DNA of 64,000 bases. It comes from a virus. The DNA lies in the IMG/VR virus record IMGVR_UViG_3300027997_000002; one strand, 5' to 3'. Below are positions 62,486 through 64,000 of the stretch, piece by piece. Each line of letters starts with the position of its first letter. The stretch's first letter is position 1. The notes below the pieces were generated by a model that did not search any database, was not told where the DNA came from, and saw only the letters and a program-made list of their open reading frames with translations. Position numbers and translations under genes: made by a program.

Positions 62486-64000
62486 AGTACCGGTACAAGG
62501 GCTACGAGATCGAGATCCTGCGTCGTGAGACCGGGAGCCACGAGTACGTCCTGAGCAAGAAGGGGCGTCGACTCGAGCGCGCGCACGCGTCAGCCTTCCC
62601 GGGCTACACGGCCGAGCAGGCCCTGGCCGCGGCGAAGCGGCGCGTCGACAAGAAGACGGCCAAGAAGAAGAAGCCCGCGACCCAAAGGCGGCTGCCGAAG
62701 ATGGAGGTCTTCGACGTCGAGGCGGTCGAGCTCGCCATCAAGAAGCTCCCGCTTCGAATGCGGGTGAAGATCTTCCCGGCCGCGCGCAAGCTCGCGGACC
62801 GGCTCGAGCAGCCGCCAGTCATCGTGCGCCGCGAGATGGAGAAGCTCGACCTGGTCGAGCCCATGGGCCAGGGCTTTTGGGGCCTGAGCAAGCTCGGGAC
62901 CCGCTACTACGTCATACACCGCCAAAGGCTGGAGGAGGCCCTGGCCAAGGACCTCGGCTTCGAGCTGGAGAAGAAGCAGAGGCCCAACAAGAAGAAGAAC
63001 CCGATCCGCAAGAAGGGCGTGTTCCCGAAGTACCTCCTTCAGGCCGGCTACGACACGGTGTGGAACTACCGCGGGTGGACCATCGGGATCACCCAGCGCA
63101 GCAACACCGAGTGGGCGTGGAAGGGCAGACACCCAACCCTCAAGGTTGGGCCTATCATGGCCCGTGGGCAGCGCATCATCATGGACAAGCACGCCTACCT
63201 GGGCGAGCTCACGGGTCCGACGGGTGAGACCGAGCAAGACGCGCTTTGGATCGCCAAGTACTGGGTCGACAAGTACGAGTTGTTCTGGGCCATGTGGCAC
63301 AAAAACCGCGACGACGCCGAGAAGCTCATGACGGCGATCGGTATGCTTGAAAACACCGCCGATAAGCTAGTCCTCCGGAAAAAGCTATCGCGAGCCAATC
63401 TTGCGCGAGAGTGGCAGAGGCTCAACCCCAAACAGTCTGGCCTGTCTTCAAAGGGGGCGATCGCTTGGCAGTACTTCGAGACGCTGCCGAGCAAGGAGCG
63501 TCTGGGGATCATGGATGAGGTCAACGAATACACGAAGCGCGCGAGCTGGTGGGAGATCCTGCCCACCGCGGAGCAACGACGTCGTGGGGGCGGGCAGGCC
63601 AACCCCAAGGGCAAGAGACGCCCAAACACGATGCTCACCAAGGAGAAGGCGAAGTATCTGATGCGGTCAGGTGGCCGGCGCGTGTGGCAGTACGGCAAAG
63701 ACTGGGAGTTTCACACGTTCAAGGATTCACCCGTCGAATGGGAGGCGGAGGTCGTCGGTAGCGATCCCCGCAAACCGGGACTCGGACACACGGCCGGCAA
63801 GACCGAGCAGGATGCGCTAGCGACGGCCAAGTACCGAGTCGATCAGGAAGCCTTCCTCCACAAGATCAAGCCTGCGACGAGACGGATGCGGTTACGCGAG
63901 ATCATCATCATCCTCGAGCAGCTGGCCAATGATCGCGCCAGCGCGGACGAGACGCCTCGACGTTCCGATGTAGCACGCGAGCTCCAGACCAGAATGACAG
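62482..64000 (+). CDS. Modular basic protein >506 aa with three beta3-alpha repeats and NP linkers (runs off the window, not in ORF track)
   Basis: Hand translation from ATG 62482 is open to the end; TAEQALAAAKRRVD, TEQDALWIAKYWVD, TEQDALATAKYRVD; KKNP, RLNP, QANP. Confidence 0.8.
   Translation, partial: MKYRYKGYEIEILRRETGSHEYVLSKKGRRLERAHASAFPGYTAEQALAAAKRRVDKKTAKKKKPATQRRLPKMEVFDVEAVELAIKKLPLRMRVKIFPAARKLADRLEQPPVIVRREMEKLDLVEPMGQGFWGLSKLGTRYYVIHRQRLEEALAKDLGFELEKKQRPNKKKNPIRKKGVFPKYLLQAGYDTVWNYRGWTIGITQRSNTEWAWKGRHPTLKVGPIMARGQRIIMDKHAYLGELTGPTGETEQDALWIAKYWVDKYELFWAMWHKNRDDAEKLMTAIGMLENTADKLVLRKKLSRANLAREWQRLNPKQSGLSSKGAIAWQYFETLPSKERLGIMDEVNEYTKRASWWEILPTAEQRRRGGGQANPKGKRRPNTMLTKEKAKYLMRSGGRRVWQYGKDWEFHTFKDSPVEWEAEVVGSDPRKPGLGHTAGKTEQDALATAKYRVDQEAFLHKIKPATRRMRLREIIIILEQLANDRASADETPRRSDVARELQTRMT

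Larger units (their letters stand above)
1..64000. mobile_element. Virus/provirus segment, probably tailless and membrane-containing; both ends lie outside the window
   Basis: Continuous tightly coupled operons (ATGA/GTGA overlaps) with phage-type replication, DNA-modification, lysis and structural genes; no host core genes; no att site or integrase seen. Confidence 0.85.

Noticed and set aside
1-64000. Tailed-phage head/tail module, integrase, reverse transcriptase/DGR, DNA polymerase
   Set aside because: No diagnostic motifs recognised (terminase Walker/RNase H, Tyr/Ser recombinase, YxDD, PolA/PolB). They could lie outside the window.

Overview
The whole 64 kb window reads as one continuous, gene-dense, GC-rich (about two-thirds GC by eye) bacterial virus or provirus segment. 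No host housekeeping genes, integrase, terminase, portal, HK97 capsid or tail tube/sheath genes are recognisable. It holds an accessory/early region: HerA-like ATPase, RadC, AlkB, a putative ssDNA-annealing protein, a sigma-70-like factor, four predicted DNA-modifying enzymes (C5-MTase, Dam-like MTase, Mom-like, DpdA-like), ASCH, a RepB-type primase and a UvrD helicase. Two virion-like blocks (7.9-16.5 kb and 39.3-64 kb) carry beta-rich jelly-roll candidates, about 20 single-pass membrane proteins, two spike/fibre proteins, a glycosylation/sulfation cluster, four cell-wall hydrolases and basic core-like proteins. This fits a large tailless, internal-membrane virus, probably of a myxobacterium (inference). 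Most striking observations: (1) an 83-nt tRNA-like RNA at 32169-32251 whose central loop is the exact complement of a 10-nt RBS motif (GAAGGATGGA) found in front of five early genes, including the sigma factor and the first gene of both divergent early operons; (2) a recurrent basic-x-Asn-Pro (NP) motif in at least 14 proteins, with a transglutaminase-like Cys protease candidate beside the capsid candidates; (3) a Walker-A-less ComM/YifB fragment inside a basic core-like protein; (4) a 10-copy TCTCGCCC array at the early divergent control region. All functional calls come from motif recognition by eye; no database searches were run.
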